The notes under the pieces were generated by a model, which worked only from the letters and a program-made list of their open reading frames with translations, was not told where the DNA came from and ran no database searches. A stretch of DNA of 63,742 bases, the filler included, from Phoronis australis (Eukaryota; Animalia; Phoronida): assembly GCA_002633005.1 (NCBI GenBank). It is 10 parts of 10 records of this genome, joined end to end, with 100 filler letters (N's around TTAATTAATTAA, not from the genome) between each part and the next. Parts side by side here need not be neighbours in the genome. Positions count along the whole stretch, not along the records: positions 47,623 to 50,857 come from NMRA01003133.1; positions 50,958 to 56,805 come from NMRA01000858.1; positions 56,906 to 61,180 come from NMRA01002637.1; positions 61,281 to 63,742 come from NMRA01003659.1; 6 more parts are not named here. One strand, 5' to 3'. Each line of letters opens with the position of its first letter. Position 1 is the first letter of the stretch. Of this stretch, positions 50,213-61,900 are shown piece by piece. The position numbers and the translations under genes are program-made.

Positions 50213-51848
50213 CTGAAACCGTAAATAAGGAAGTGATATGAAGTACACATTCCTTTCACAGAAACTGAAAGGACATGAAGTGAAACTGGCATGTTATTTG
50301 ATAACAAGACAAGAAAGAGCAATACTTGTATTACCTGAAGCAGAATATATTATCTGTGCTAAACAATGAATGTAACATGGTACCCAACACAGGAAAAAAG
50401 ATGGTCCAGTGTACTGTGCGCAAAATCTATTTAAAATTGGATGAAACTGATCAACATCCTGCATTATGTAAAGTGTTTTCTTTAAAAATCTGACATACTG
50501 GTATTCCAAACATTTGATTTATATTGATAATATGCGTATTGTACCCAATAGCAGCTTTTACATGAGAGACAGTTGTAACCGTGTCTGTGGTCACGTCGCG
50601 ACTTGCTCCACTTTAGTCGCATTTACACGACATTAGATCAAAAACTGGATCAGCATGAGTCACTTACATGAATACTGTCTGCGCATGCTTGCATGAACAA
50701 TGGCAAATGTCCAAAAAACCTGGAATTCCAGTTGATCATTCGAGTATAGGCTACTGCGCAAGCGCATTAAAAAGATGATCCATTCAGGCCCTGCCCCAGT
50801 GGTGTTTAGACGTGTAGTTGACACTGGAGCTGTTTCCTGTTAGCTGTGCTGGATCAGNNNNNNNNNNNNNNNNNNNNNNNNNNNNNNNNNNNNNNNNNNN
50901 NTTAATTAATTAANNNNNNNNNNNNNNNNNNNNNNNNNNNNNNNNNNNNNNNNNNNNACATATACATGCATTTCGTAAATTTTCTCCAAGTAAAACAACA
51001 TTTCCAACTTGAAAAATCAACAGCACACAATATTCAACTTGACATTTTTCTCAAATTTATGATAACCGTGTTTCTTGGCGTATAGTGCTAAATACACTAC
51101 GATCTCAAGACTCAGATGTTTAAGTTCTATCAGAGCTACAATACGGTACTGATTTTGATGAAAACAAAAACGATAAGAAAATCCACAATCTAGTCTATGA
51201 CCAGAACTTTATTTCCTCCAGGTCAGCGATCCGAAATACCAAAAACCAAAATTAAATTTCCTCCCAAAATCTTTAAAGTAATGCCATTTACTCCTTTGAG
51301 AGCAAATAAGACCGCATGTGCCTCTGATATGCTTTCTGATTCGACGTGTGTCCTTGGAGAAGTTCCTCTAGTGTTTCACGTTTAAGAAGCACATCAAACG
51401 GAAATAGCTGCACTTCCTTAAGTAAAAGCCACGTTTCTTTAACTAAAACTGCATTATGCCATGTTTAGGTCACGATAATGCGACAATCGAATGAGGACTT
51501 TTAACCTCATAAAATGGATCCCATAATATTCCTTACCGTCATATTGTTCTATTTCCGTTACCAATAATAACACTGAAACCGTCATTGACTTATGAAAATG
51601 CTTCAGAATTTACTGAGGTTGGCCAATCTTAAATTTACGGATTTGAAAATGCCACGTTGCCTGTGCCGACTCCCGATGCCGACTCATTCGACAAAAGTTC
51701 AAGATCAGATTGGCGTCGTAATATTTTAAAACCCTGAAAGCGCTTCGGTTAAAAATTCAACTTTGGCAGCAAAATTGAATGATCGAGATTTGGAATAGAC
51801 CATCACATTATGCGTGTGTGTGTAACCCTGTATGTGTATTGTACTTAC

Positions 51849-51941
51849 TTTCGCACCATTGTCCCAGAAATCCTTGTTTACAAACACAGTGACACGTGGC
51901 GCTATTAACAGTACCACAGTTCTCACAATCGGCTTTGCATT
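51849..51941 (-). CDS. EGF-like exon of the CAP gene: ECKADCENCGTVNSATCHCVCKQGFLGQWCE
   Basis: C-x-C-x2-G-F-x-G-x2-C EGF pattern; gttttag acceptor and A|gtaagt donor (phase 1 to 1). Confidence 0.9.
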
Positions 51942-52598
51942 CTAAAACGAGATATTCGAAATACTACATATACATTAAATACAATTTACACATCGTTTTA
52001 CTGTAGTTCAAAATTCATATACCAGGTTTTATGGCAAACCAGTTTAGTCGAAGCGTATTTCAAATAAAGTTCTTTCAACATGACATAATTTCTTTCAAAA
52101 TCAACAAAATTAATAGATTATAGTTCGGTAACGCGCAGTAGTGAGTAGTGTCCACATAAAAGATATCGGGTGTCATGGCGATGACAGTTGCATCGCTGAC
52201 ACTTTTACATGAGAGTGTACGCAGGAACGAAAGGACTGAGGCCCACGAAGTATGTACATGTATGTGGTATATACACGATAATGTCACACGGAGATTGACG
52301 AATATTGTACCGATTGACCTTGGAAAAAAACGGCTTGTAGGGGCAATGACGCACATTTTATCATCGTTCACTGAAGCAGGCGTTTTAGTGCATAAGGAAA
52401 TCAGTATCATGTTAATCAGAAAATAATTGTTTCTCATTGTAGAATTTCCATTCATACATTACGTAATCATTATTTCGTTTTACTGAATACCATTTTTTCT
52501 TAAGTCAACTTTGTCATTAATCTTTCTTGCAAATTTTCACTAATACGATGTTACAAGTAACCTGAACCTATGTCCCATTCAGCGACCAATATACTCAC

Positions 52599-52631
52599 CG
52601 CAACCTTTCACGTCATCCTTCTCGCAATTTC
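52599..52631 (-). CDS. 33-nt microexon of the CAP gene: RNCEKDDVKGC
   Basis: cttttag acceptor and G|gtgagt donor (phase 1 to 1); open frame with two Cys joining the hinge and EGF exons. Confidence 0.75.
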
Positions 52632-52714
52632 CTAAAAGATAACGACACAATTTACAATATGTAACACAGGGCCTAGTCAAAAGTGAATAATCTTTTATAC
52701 TAATACTACTGGGA

Positions 52715-52950
52715 ATTTATTATCACTTCAGTGTGGAATATCTGATACCGAATTAAAGCGGTTCTCAAGTTATCTTCATCACAGCCAACAGTATATCAAT
52801 TACAGTACAATAACCACAACTCATCTCTCTTTCAAATCACAACAGGTGGGCTCAAGATTACCCTAGGTCCACTGCTGCTCTTAATATATGCCAATGCTTT
52901 ACACTTCTTTATCAATGTGACTGTTCTGATGTACTATCAGGACACTCTCT
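52715..52950 (+). mobile_element. Highly decayed CR1/L2-type reverse transcriptase fragment in a CAP gene intron
   Basis: GISDTELKRFSSYLHHSQQY...ITTGGLKITLGPLLLLIYANAL resembles GI.G.EL.WF.SYL..R.Q...GVPQGS.LGPLLF.IY.NDL. Confidence 0.7.
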
Positions 52951-53127
52951 CACAACACTTCTGCACATAAACGTGAGGAGTTATAATATCAATTACTCTG
53001 CACTTCTTAATACAAAGATCTCACTTCTAATGAGTAGCTAGCAGTCAACAAACTACGATAACGCTCTTTGAAAAGTGCTACGCGTTCCGAGTACGTGTGT
53101 GGTGTGGGGACTTAGATCACGAGGTAA

Positions 53128-53282
53128 AATTAACCGCCCAGGGCGGTTGCCTGTCGTAATAAGCGCCCATGTTTTGTTAACCGCCCACCATGAATTTCTT
53201 GAAATTTCACGTTTAAGCGCCCATGTCTGGTTAACCGCCCTCCACCGATTTTTTGGGTTTGCCAATTTAACCGCCCAGGGCC
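53128..53282. repeat. Cluster of TTAACCGCCC/TAAGCGCCC subterminal-type repeats (MITE remnant); related TA-CCGTA end at ~60517-60580
   Basis: Six taaccgccc/taagcgccc units at ~20-30 bp spacing. Confidence 0.55.
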
Positions 53283-54392
53283 TTAACCCTAACGTTTAGT
53301 GTAGTTTTAAACTCTTCCAAAACCAAATACATATGCTTTCTTTTCAGTCATCCACGAAAACACATTACTAATGAAAACATTTCAAAATTAACAATTTTGC
53401 TAAAACAAAGACCCATATCATCATCTTCAATTTTCTGGGGATGCACTCAGATAACCACCTCACTTTTAGCAAACACCTTCAAGAAATATCGAATAAGACC
53501 CCAAAAACATGTGGAATCTTATCAAAACTTTGAAAGTACATTTTCTAAAACACATTCTATGTTTGATACACAAATCACTTTTGTTACTCCATCTGGCGTA
53601 GCCAGGTACTTGCCATTTTCAAAACTTTCCACAGTAAAATGTAGTCAGGAACACACACATGTAACACTCTTTTCATTTATTAAATTCTCTGAATCTGTGT
53701 TTGAATGACTTGTTTAAACTATCCTGTTTCAAATTTTAGCTTGACGAGATTAAATTGGCCAAGTGTATTGCTCTAACTTACGGTGAGTTAACTTGCTTGC
53801 TTGATCTCACGAGGCCTACTGTATTGTTTTTGATTGAAATCGGACACAGGAGAGCACAGCAACGGCCATTTTTTAATTTAAGATTTTCGGAGCAATTTTA
53901 AATAAAGGAATTTGTCATAACTAGAGTCTAATCAAAAGAGCACACGTGGAGATTGTCATATCCATATCCAACGTTTCGGTTTATTACAAACAAACCATCT
54001 TCAGGGAGAAGTAGTACGATATGTGTTTGTCAGTTTTCACGTGAGCTTGTGTTAAGACTCTTGCTATCAAAAAAGCAATATTGAAAGTTTGTCATATAAA
54101 TGATTACAATTTATTTTAGGAGAGCTCTATTAATTTCGTCGAAGAGTTATTGAGTCATTAGTCCTTGTTACTATGTATATTCATGACTCAACACAAGCTG
54201 CAGCAACTTTGACTGACGCAGAAGACGTCGAGATTCTATTGTATTTTTGCTGTAATTCCTGTTGTCATGAATTATTCGTGACAAGGGACATTTTCCAGAA
54301 ACAGATAAAAACAAAGGTTACAGAGGTCGTCGACTGATTGAAGATGTCGCTGTTAGCAAACTAATCTTTACGGGATAAGTTATATCTCTTAC

Positions 54393-54481
54393 TGCAAAGT
54401 CCTTTGTCGCAGAAAGATCCAGATTGACATCGTGAGCACACTTCTCCTTTCAAATAAGGGCGCGTATTCACTAGATTACCC
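54393..54481 (-). CDS. CAP hinge exon: PGNLVNTRPYLKGEVCSRCQSGSFCDKGLC
   Basis: PGN...PY..G..CS.C...C...LC hinge pattern; tttccag acceptor and A|gtaaga donor (phase 2 to 1). Confidence 0.93.
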
Positions 54482-55898
54482 CTGGAAAAACGTACGTACG
54501 TGTCAAGGTGGTTGGATAAATGTTCATAACTTGAACTCTTAGATGGTAAATACGTTTGTGCATTTAAAAAAAACATTACCTTTAAAAACGTCTCTGGTCA
54601 ATCTTTGACTTATTCTTGCTTATTGGAAATTATATTTTGAACATTTTAGTCAATTTTCATGACAATAAAGTCGTTGGAAATAGGATTTCCTCGAAACGGA
54701 AGTATGGCGCAACCAGCAAGTTCCGAAAACGCCAGCAGCTGTGTTCTTGCGCTATTCCCTCTTGTGCTCAATGGCCAAGCCGCCCGCCAGTTTTCAATCC
54801 CAGTTCCATTTACCATTTGACGTGAGTAATGGATGCTTGTTATGAAAGTAGTTTTTCACGTAACAAAGTGGAATTTGTATAGCTGGACAAAATCGTTTCA
54901 GGTCTTAATTGATAAACAAAAGGGACACTAACCCGGTCTGCTAAAAAAATTTTGATTGACGTCACGACGTACCGGTACAAAACCAGTCTCTTCTTATTCC
55001 GCACTAGGATTAAAAGTGCTTCAGACCAGGGTAAAGTTCAAGACAGCTGTCTTTTGACGAGAAAAATCTAGCTAACTGAAAATCACGTGCTTTCATACCG
55101 CGATATCTTGAACAATCTCGCGGGATCTTGCTTTTATAACGTTATTTAACTCGACCCCTGCCCACTGATTGCTTGTCACGGCGTCTTAGTTTCTGTAGTT
55201 GCCAAAGTAGCATGGTCGGTCGTCAGGGGGTGGGGGCAAGGAGGCCATGACCCCCCTACAATCCTACCAGATATCGTTTGGCAGTTCGGGTGCGAATTTG
55301 CTGACTAGCACATGCGGGCAACCAGAGGGTCTAGGGGATGAATAAACAATGCATAGGCCCAGAACAAACCCCGTTTTTTAGTCAAAGGGTCCGCAAACCT
55401 GAAAATTCGAGACCCCTGCATCCCTACATTTTAGGCTGGGTGCGCGCGTCTGCCGAAATTCTGGTTATTTCTGTGCCCTGCCCCCCCAACTCAAAATCCT
55501 GGACCCGCCCCTGAAATGGCTTACGAATTAAACTAGGTCAGTAGATTAACTTCTGACACCTTTTCTCAAAAGAAGAGATAAACTTTATGGCAGAGTACTC
55601 AGTGGTAAAATAGCTTCAAGAATAAAACGTTTGTTTGGAACATGTTGACATTTCCACATGTACTGCATAAATTTTACATTTGTTGCCTTTTTCTGAGCCT
55701 GACTTCTTATCAGCAGTAGTGGTGGGGCGAAAAATCATTTAGAATAAAGATACTTTGATCATATGCAGCGTTTCATGGTGAAATGAATCGCAACGTTTCA
55801 TTTTGTTAGTTGCGTTTTTTACAAAATTGAAAAAGGTGTGCACTGCCAGGCAAAATCCAACAAGAACTGTTCAATGCCTCAAAATGCGCGTGACTTAC

Positions 55899-56020
55899 GG
55901 AGGTCCGTAATGACACACCAAGTAATTCCCATCTCCCCACGGCTTTCCTGCACTCGTTTCGTAAAGCGGAGTGCAACGGACGAATGCACACCCAAGATAC
56001 TTCGATTTTGCCCATACCAC
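55899..56020 (-). CDS. CAP-domain exon: VVWAKSKYLGCAFVRCTPLYETSAGKPWGDGNYLVCHYGP
   Basis: Continues GHYTQ|VVWA..LGC and LVC.Y.P motifs; ttgtag acceptor and CC|gtaagt donor. Confidence 0.95.
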
Positions 56021-56367
56021 CTACAATACACCAAAGGTAGAATGATCTATTAACTACAAGGGGTAACATTTCGTTTGACTACATTCAGGTTTTGTAATTT
56101 CGGTCATACTAAAGCACGTTCATGTTGAGTGGATGGAGGCTATAGTTCTAATAATTGTCATGTAATTTGTCTAATCATACTGTAAGTACATTGAATATCT
56201 ACGTGCGTTAGCATAATACCATCTGCAATCGACAGATGTCAACTTCTCAAAATATTACCTCGTCAGTAAATGGTCTGAAGTGCGCTCGCTGTAATGTGCG
56301 ATCGATTTTTGCTAAATAATGAGATGAAAATGGACTTTTATTGCAAAAGGTCAAAATTAATGCTTAC

Positions 56368-56616
56368 TTGTGTGTAATGGCCGCAGACCTCTCCGCAGCT
56401 ATGATCGCCATGTCCGTAGTGAATCTTTTCGTTGTACCATTTCTGTGCAGTAACTAAGGGGTTTGTACTGGACGAGTGCACGCCCAGGTTCTGTCCCACC
56501 ACCTGCCATGATACGTTTGACTTTTGACCTGTGAACCCGCCCCTATTTCCGCCATGCTCATAATCACACTTGATTGCCCACGCACGTGCTTGTTCCTCCA
56601 ACCCGTCATGCCAGTA
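56368..56616 (-). CDS. CAP/SCP-domain + EGF protein (CLEC18/PI16/GLIPR-like), exon: YWHDGLEEQARAWAIKCDYEH...VVGQNL...WYNEKIHY...CGEVCGHYTQ
   Basis: CAP signatures W...L...A..WA..C...H, GxNL, WYNE and CGHYTQ; ttttcag acceptor and CAA|gtaagc donor (phase 0). Confidence 0.95.
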
Positions 56617-58576
56617 CTGAAAAGCATTTTTATTACGATCAAACTAATTCCAATTGAATTTTGGCTAGGTCTATTTCATGATGTTTCCACACAGTTTGAG
56701 AAGAAACGTTGCTTTCGCAGTCAGAACCAGCAACCGTCAATAGACGATCATGCGCCGATATTTCGAAGACAAACTTAAAAATAATTCAGCGTGCAGAAGG
56801 AGGGGNNNNNNNNNNNNNNNNNNNNNNNNNNNNNNNNNNNNNNNNNNNNTTAATTAATTAANNNNNNNNNNNNNNNNNNNNNNNNNNNNNNNNNNNNNNN
56901 NNNNNAAAAAAATATTTCCAATTCTGAGGTAAGGCGGAAGAACAGTTTTTGTTTTCCACTGGCAACTATGTCAGGGACAGGGTGGCATAGTATTAGCAAG
57001 CTAAGCCATCTGAGACTTGTTCCGTCTTAATTTGAAGTAGCAGGTTTTTGAGCTTCCAACTTGATGCTCAATATTTAAACATTACAACAACAGCAATGGC
57101 AAGAAAAACTACAACAACCACAGTAATTTGAAGGAACTGTTTAGTTGAAATCGAGAAGAGAATTCCTTAACACATCTCAAATTATTAGCGGATGCTTTAA
57201 TATAAAATACATAATTTTATTTTAGGCAGTACATTACTACTTGTCTATTCAAAGTGTGATGCCCTGCTTCCACAAAACTAATGGTGACTTAACATTTTGA
57301 ATTCCTGAAGTTACTAACATATGAAGTTGTCTTGCATAACCTAAAACTTATCTCCACTTACAATGTTATTAAATCAAAAGGTGTGTCTAATGATTACAAG
57401 ATTTCGAAATTAAAAATGTACAGGTATAAATTAGGTCATGAAATAATCACACAACATAACCACCTAAGTGTATGCCCGAAGTCAACAAAAACTAGATTTA
57501 CATGGTTTGGCGCCACAAGCCTCTTATCTATCAATAACTATAATTTTGTATAAATAATACCACATGAACCAGACAGAAGCATGTACCAAGACAGAACTTG
57601 ACTGTTAATATACACTTCACCTGCATGTGGCCCACACTTGCTAACTAGTCTCATCATTCATACAAACAGAATAAGATTGTTTGTTAATTTAACAGAATTT
57701 TTTTAAGTAACCATACAAAAGTGGCTTCAACCAACCACAGAACATCTTGCATTTGTATCACATTTTGTGGTCAACATTAGCCATTTCTCTCATTTATTCA
57801 ACAATCCAGATTCCATCAATGTTTGGCAAATATTTGTTGAGGGTGTGCACATCAAAACTAAGTGCTGATAATAGTTCTCACGACAGTGACACAAATGACC
57901 AAGAATGCCTTGTCACCAAACTTATCAGAAAACCCCAAGTTATGCATTAAAGTCTTGGAAGATAAGCCACAAATTAAGCCCACAAAATATGGTGGTGGTT
58001 TGAACCAGTTATTAATGGAAACCAACCAACCGTCACTGGGAGATCTTCGACTCCGCGAAGAAGGGGGGGGGTTAACCACAATTTGGGGAAGAAAATGGCC
58101 AGTACCAAACCTAAAAGCAAATGCTGGAGGCACATATTTTGTTGAATCTGTGGGAGAAAACAACCAGACCCCAATAATCTTCCTTGTAAAGAAAACACAC
58201 GTTAGAACAGGATAAACACAATGATCAAGCCTGGCAGACCAAATAACCAGATATGAAAATGCCAAAACTGAAACTTTGGCTGATGACTAATAACAGACTA
58301 CAGTGTAAAGTCATAGTCCCAATTCACACTGTTTTTCATGTTCCAGAAGTCCTTTTCCCACTAAAAGTCCACCTCATTTTGCCTAGTGTAATTGAATACA
58401 TAGCTCACAATATGTCTCCCTAAACGAAGGACCTCTACAAAATTTTCCATGAGTTCATTTTCCATGAGTTTTATTTGCAGGAGCTGGACAAATAGCTTGT
58501 GTATCGTGGAAGACCAAAAACGAGATTACGGTATGCCTACAAGCCAACACACGCAGTACGATATCGAGCTGCTTAC

Positions 58577-58743
58577 CTATTTTTGTGCAATATTGAGCAG
58601 AAGGCCTTGCCATCTCGCCAACTCGTTGAAAAGTCGTTGATCTTGACATCAGGGTAGCCATCGCACATCTGTCGACTCCACAACAATAACGCCTCCTTGG
58701 CCGTAAGCTCTTCTGTCTGGCCTGCCACGATCACATCGGAGAT
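58577..58743 (-). CDS. Spectraplakin/plectin-type (dystonin/MACF1/Shot-like) actin-binding domain, CH2 exon: ISDVIVAGQTEELTAKEALLLWSRQMCDGYPDVKINDFSTSWRDGKAFCSILHKNR
   Basis: ISD..V.G..E.tAKE.LLLW and F.TSWRDG.AF..I.H..R; tcttcag acceptor and AG|gtaagc donor. The ISD.vV.G linker favours plakins over beta-spectrin or alpha-actinin. Confidence 0.9.
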
Positions 58744-58759
58744 CTGAAGATACAAGATA

Positions 58760-58950
58760 CTGGTCAGTGGTATATTGGTGATAGGGATCATAATATGAAA
58801 CAGTAGTGCAATTGTGATATGGGTTACAATAAGTAACAGTAATATAATTGTGACATGGGTTATGAATTGAAATAGTAGTGTTATGGTGATATGGATTATA
58901 GGTTGAAACAGTAGTATAATAGTATATGGATTAAAATAAGAAACAATAGT
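58760..58950. repeat. Degenerate ~36-bp minisatellite abutting the CH2 exon acceptor
   Basis: Repeated gaaacagtagt..aattgtgatatgggtta-like units. Confidence 0.7.
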
Positions 58951-61900
58951 ATTTGAGATCAGAGAACAAAAGGTGCTGTACACATTGAGGATCTGATAAT
59001 ATGATATCTGTTAAACTTAAGAAATGGTCGTGTGCACATCAAAAAGGCATTTCCCACTGGCTCCAAAGCCCAGGTGTTGCCAAGGTGGATTTGACAGCTA
59101 AGCATTGACGTTTTGTCACAATCTGAATACTTAAAGGAGAATGCCACCATAAAAGAACATAATTTGTATCAATTTACATCCAGTAGTTCCACTCGATATC
59201 AGCAAGGTCAGTTCTTTTACCTGACACCAGACGGCTAACGAAGGTGCTGAAATCAACCAATGATATCACAGGTTCTAACACAGTCTGCTCAGCAGTTCAG
59301 AAGATGCTTACTGGTGTCAGCTTATCGCTTGAATTCATCATTATACACCAATAAATCATCAAAATTCTGTGCAAAACCTTTACAAATACATTGAGTGTTT
59401 AAACAAATGAGTCCTTTTGTTCCGCTAATAAGGATTTAGAGAAATTTTGAACATACCGTAACCTACAACGTGTGGTATGCCAACTTACTGAGGTCGGTCG
59501 TGGGAAGTTTGGAGTCTGCTTGGTGATAACTTAGAATTTTTCCTCCAAGAAATACAGGCAGGAGAGCATAGCCGTGTGTTGTAATTTTAGACTTGCGAAT
59601 TTTTTCTGTTCTAAACACAAAACGATCGTTATAATCCAGAGGCTTGTAACCAGATCCCGCCCGTCGCGGCCGGACTGGAGACATTACGAACATAAACCAG
59701 CTGGGTTAAGTCGGCTGCGAAAGTTGAAAATTAAACTTCCAGTCAGGAAAAGACTAGACTAGTGAACCAGAGAAATGATGTGAATATTTTGGTGAGTTCG
59801 CAACGAAATTGCAAATCTCATACTTGGTATTAACGGCGTACTTTTCGTTCTTTACTGCCGGGAACCACTTCCACAGCATTTCGGGTTCTCGAGGAAATCA
59901 AAAAAAAAACAATATACCCGCTTTCCTCACAGCTTCATGGTTCGCACAAGCAGGAATGATAAGCCACACCATAGCGGCACACACTCAGCTGAAGAACCAC
60001 TGACATCGCTGCTTCATGTACTCACTTTCCTCACAAGTTCACACAACACCTTTCGGTGAGGTGAGATCAAATGTATACGAGGTGACATAGATATGAACCA
60101 ATTAAGAGGGTAGCAAAAACAAATTAAATCTGGTGGCATTCTCCTTTAACTTTGATGCTATCGAGTTATCTGCAGGGGTCAATGCCTGCATTTGCAAACA
60201 GCCAGTGGTGACTGGTTATTATTTGTTAATATTTTGTTCTAATCATAATTATTTTGGCGGTATAAGCATTCTGTTTCAAATTATTATTCGATGGATACTT
60301 TATATTAAGCTGAAGCTGATGGGAACACTAACGCTTAACTTTGAGATTAAGTAGCGAAGTTAACTGCATGGGAAAAGGCCTAAAGATCTATGTACAATGG
60401 AATCCGAAGACAGTAAAAAAATTATAGGAACTACAATGGAAACCAGACGATAGCAGTATGGAGCAGTGCTCATTACTCAAAATTACCATCAATGAGCTAG
60501 AGTTAGAAAAGTGACATACCGTATTCGCCCTAATAACTGTCCAGGGCGCTTAGAAAAATTTGTTTCAGGGGCGCTTATTGTAACCCAAGACAGTTGAAAC
60601 ACGGTCTTCGAAACGGGTGAAATCGGAAGCTAAGATTCATTATATTTACGCTCTGTGACGTATCTGCAACCTATGACAGACTTTCTACAAAATTATGGTG
60701 CATTGCTATCAAACTTTTCTGTTAAGTTACGATTATTTTACAGTAATGTGTGGTGAAATCCCAGTGAGTGACTGCCTCACAATCGTCCACATGGCAACTT
60801 GAATGCTTGAATAAAAATACAGTTTTGACTCAAGCAAATTACATGAAATCCTCCTTAAGGTTTCCAACTAGCGTCCCTAAGATTTTTAAGTTACCGTGGA
60901 GTCGGGATTAACGCCAGGTTAAATTATCTGTGCTACATCATGCCATCTAAGATCGGCAACATGAGAAAAGTCTCTGGACAAACACACATGTTGTTGTCAT
61001 ATGAGTAAGCGAGTGCGTGCATGTCACCAGAGTTCATTTGCCAGAGTAAACACAATCTAACAAGCAAGATGTGCATTGTATCCAAAGAAATTAGCACAAA
61101 CAGTAGGCCTAAAGCACGTGTTTCATTCAGCACTTGCCAGTCTCGTGCCAATAACGTTCCACATTATTTGTTTCGGTAAGNNNNNNNNNNNNNNNNNNNN
61201 NNNNNNNNNNNNNNNNNNNNNNNNTTAATTAATTAANNNNNNNNNNNNNNNNNNNNNNNNNNNNNNNNNNNNNNNNNNNNCTAACCCATCCCAATAAGTA
61301 ATTCACCAATAAGGCCTGATCTGAAGCTACAACTGACCTGGGAAGTCTCAAGCCTGGGCTCTTGTTTCATGAGGGTGACTCGCAGGCTCCACATAACTAA
61401 GTTCGAAAAATAGTCCAAAATCATTTTAGTAAAAATAGTAAAGTGTCCGAGAAAAACCCATGTTTTTTTACTAGTTCATAAACTGAGAAAATTTGTGCCA
61501 ATTGATTCCAGGAAGTGATATGCTAATGACTGGGATCGCCGGGATTAGCATCGATCCCATGAGACAACAAAATTTTCAGCAAAATTTCCCAGGTAATAAA
61601 CACTTTGAACACCATTTTACCAGCCATTGGCCCATGCATTTATCCCGTGTCGGGCATTGCGAATAAAACTACTTTCCGTGACAACTAATATCTTGAAATC
61701 GAGAGATTGCAAGCAAAGTCGGAATTTGAGGGAGAGATGGGTCAAATCACTGACTCCGGCGCTTGAATGGAAATTAAGTCAACATGTGACAGTATTAGAG
61801 AGGTTATTCACTTTCCCCAATGATGGAATTTGCAGACACAATCACAAAATTCAGGATTTTTGAAATACGAAGAAAGGAAAAACTCTGTATTCACCACAAT

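Noticed and set aside
57858-58265. Overlapping 117-135 aa ORFs on both strands
   Set aside because: No recognisable domain or convincing splice sites; they lie in the presumed intron after the CH2 exon.
58744-58983. Hydrophobic N-terminal extension of ORF 58573-58983 as a membrane anchor on the CH domain
   Set aside because: It is the translation of an intronic 36-bp minisatellite; a proper acceptor lies at 58744.
11100-61280. Recurring TTAATTAATTAA as a biological repeat, and the genes as a functional cluster
   Set aside because: The motif is always centred in an identical N spacer, so it is an assembly linker. The genes lie on separate contigs and their adjacency is artificial.
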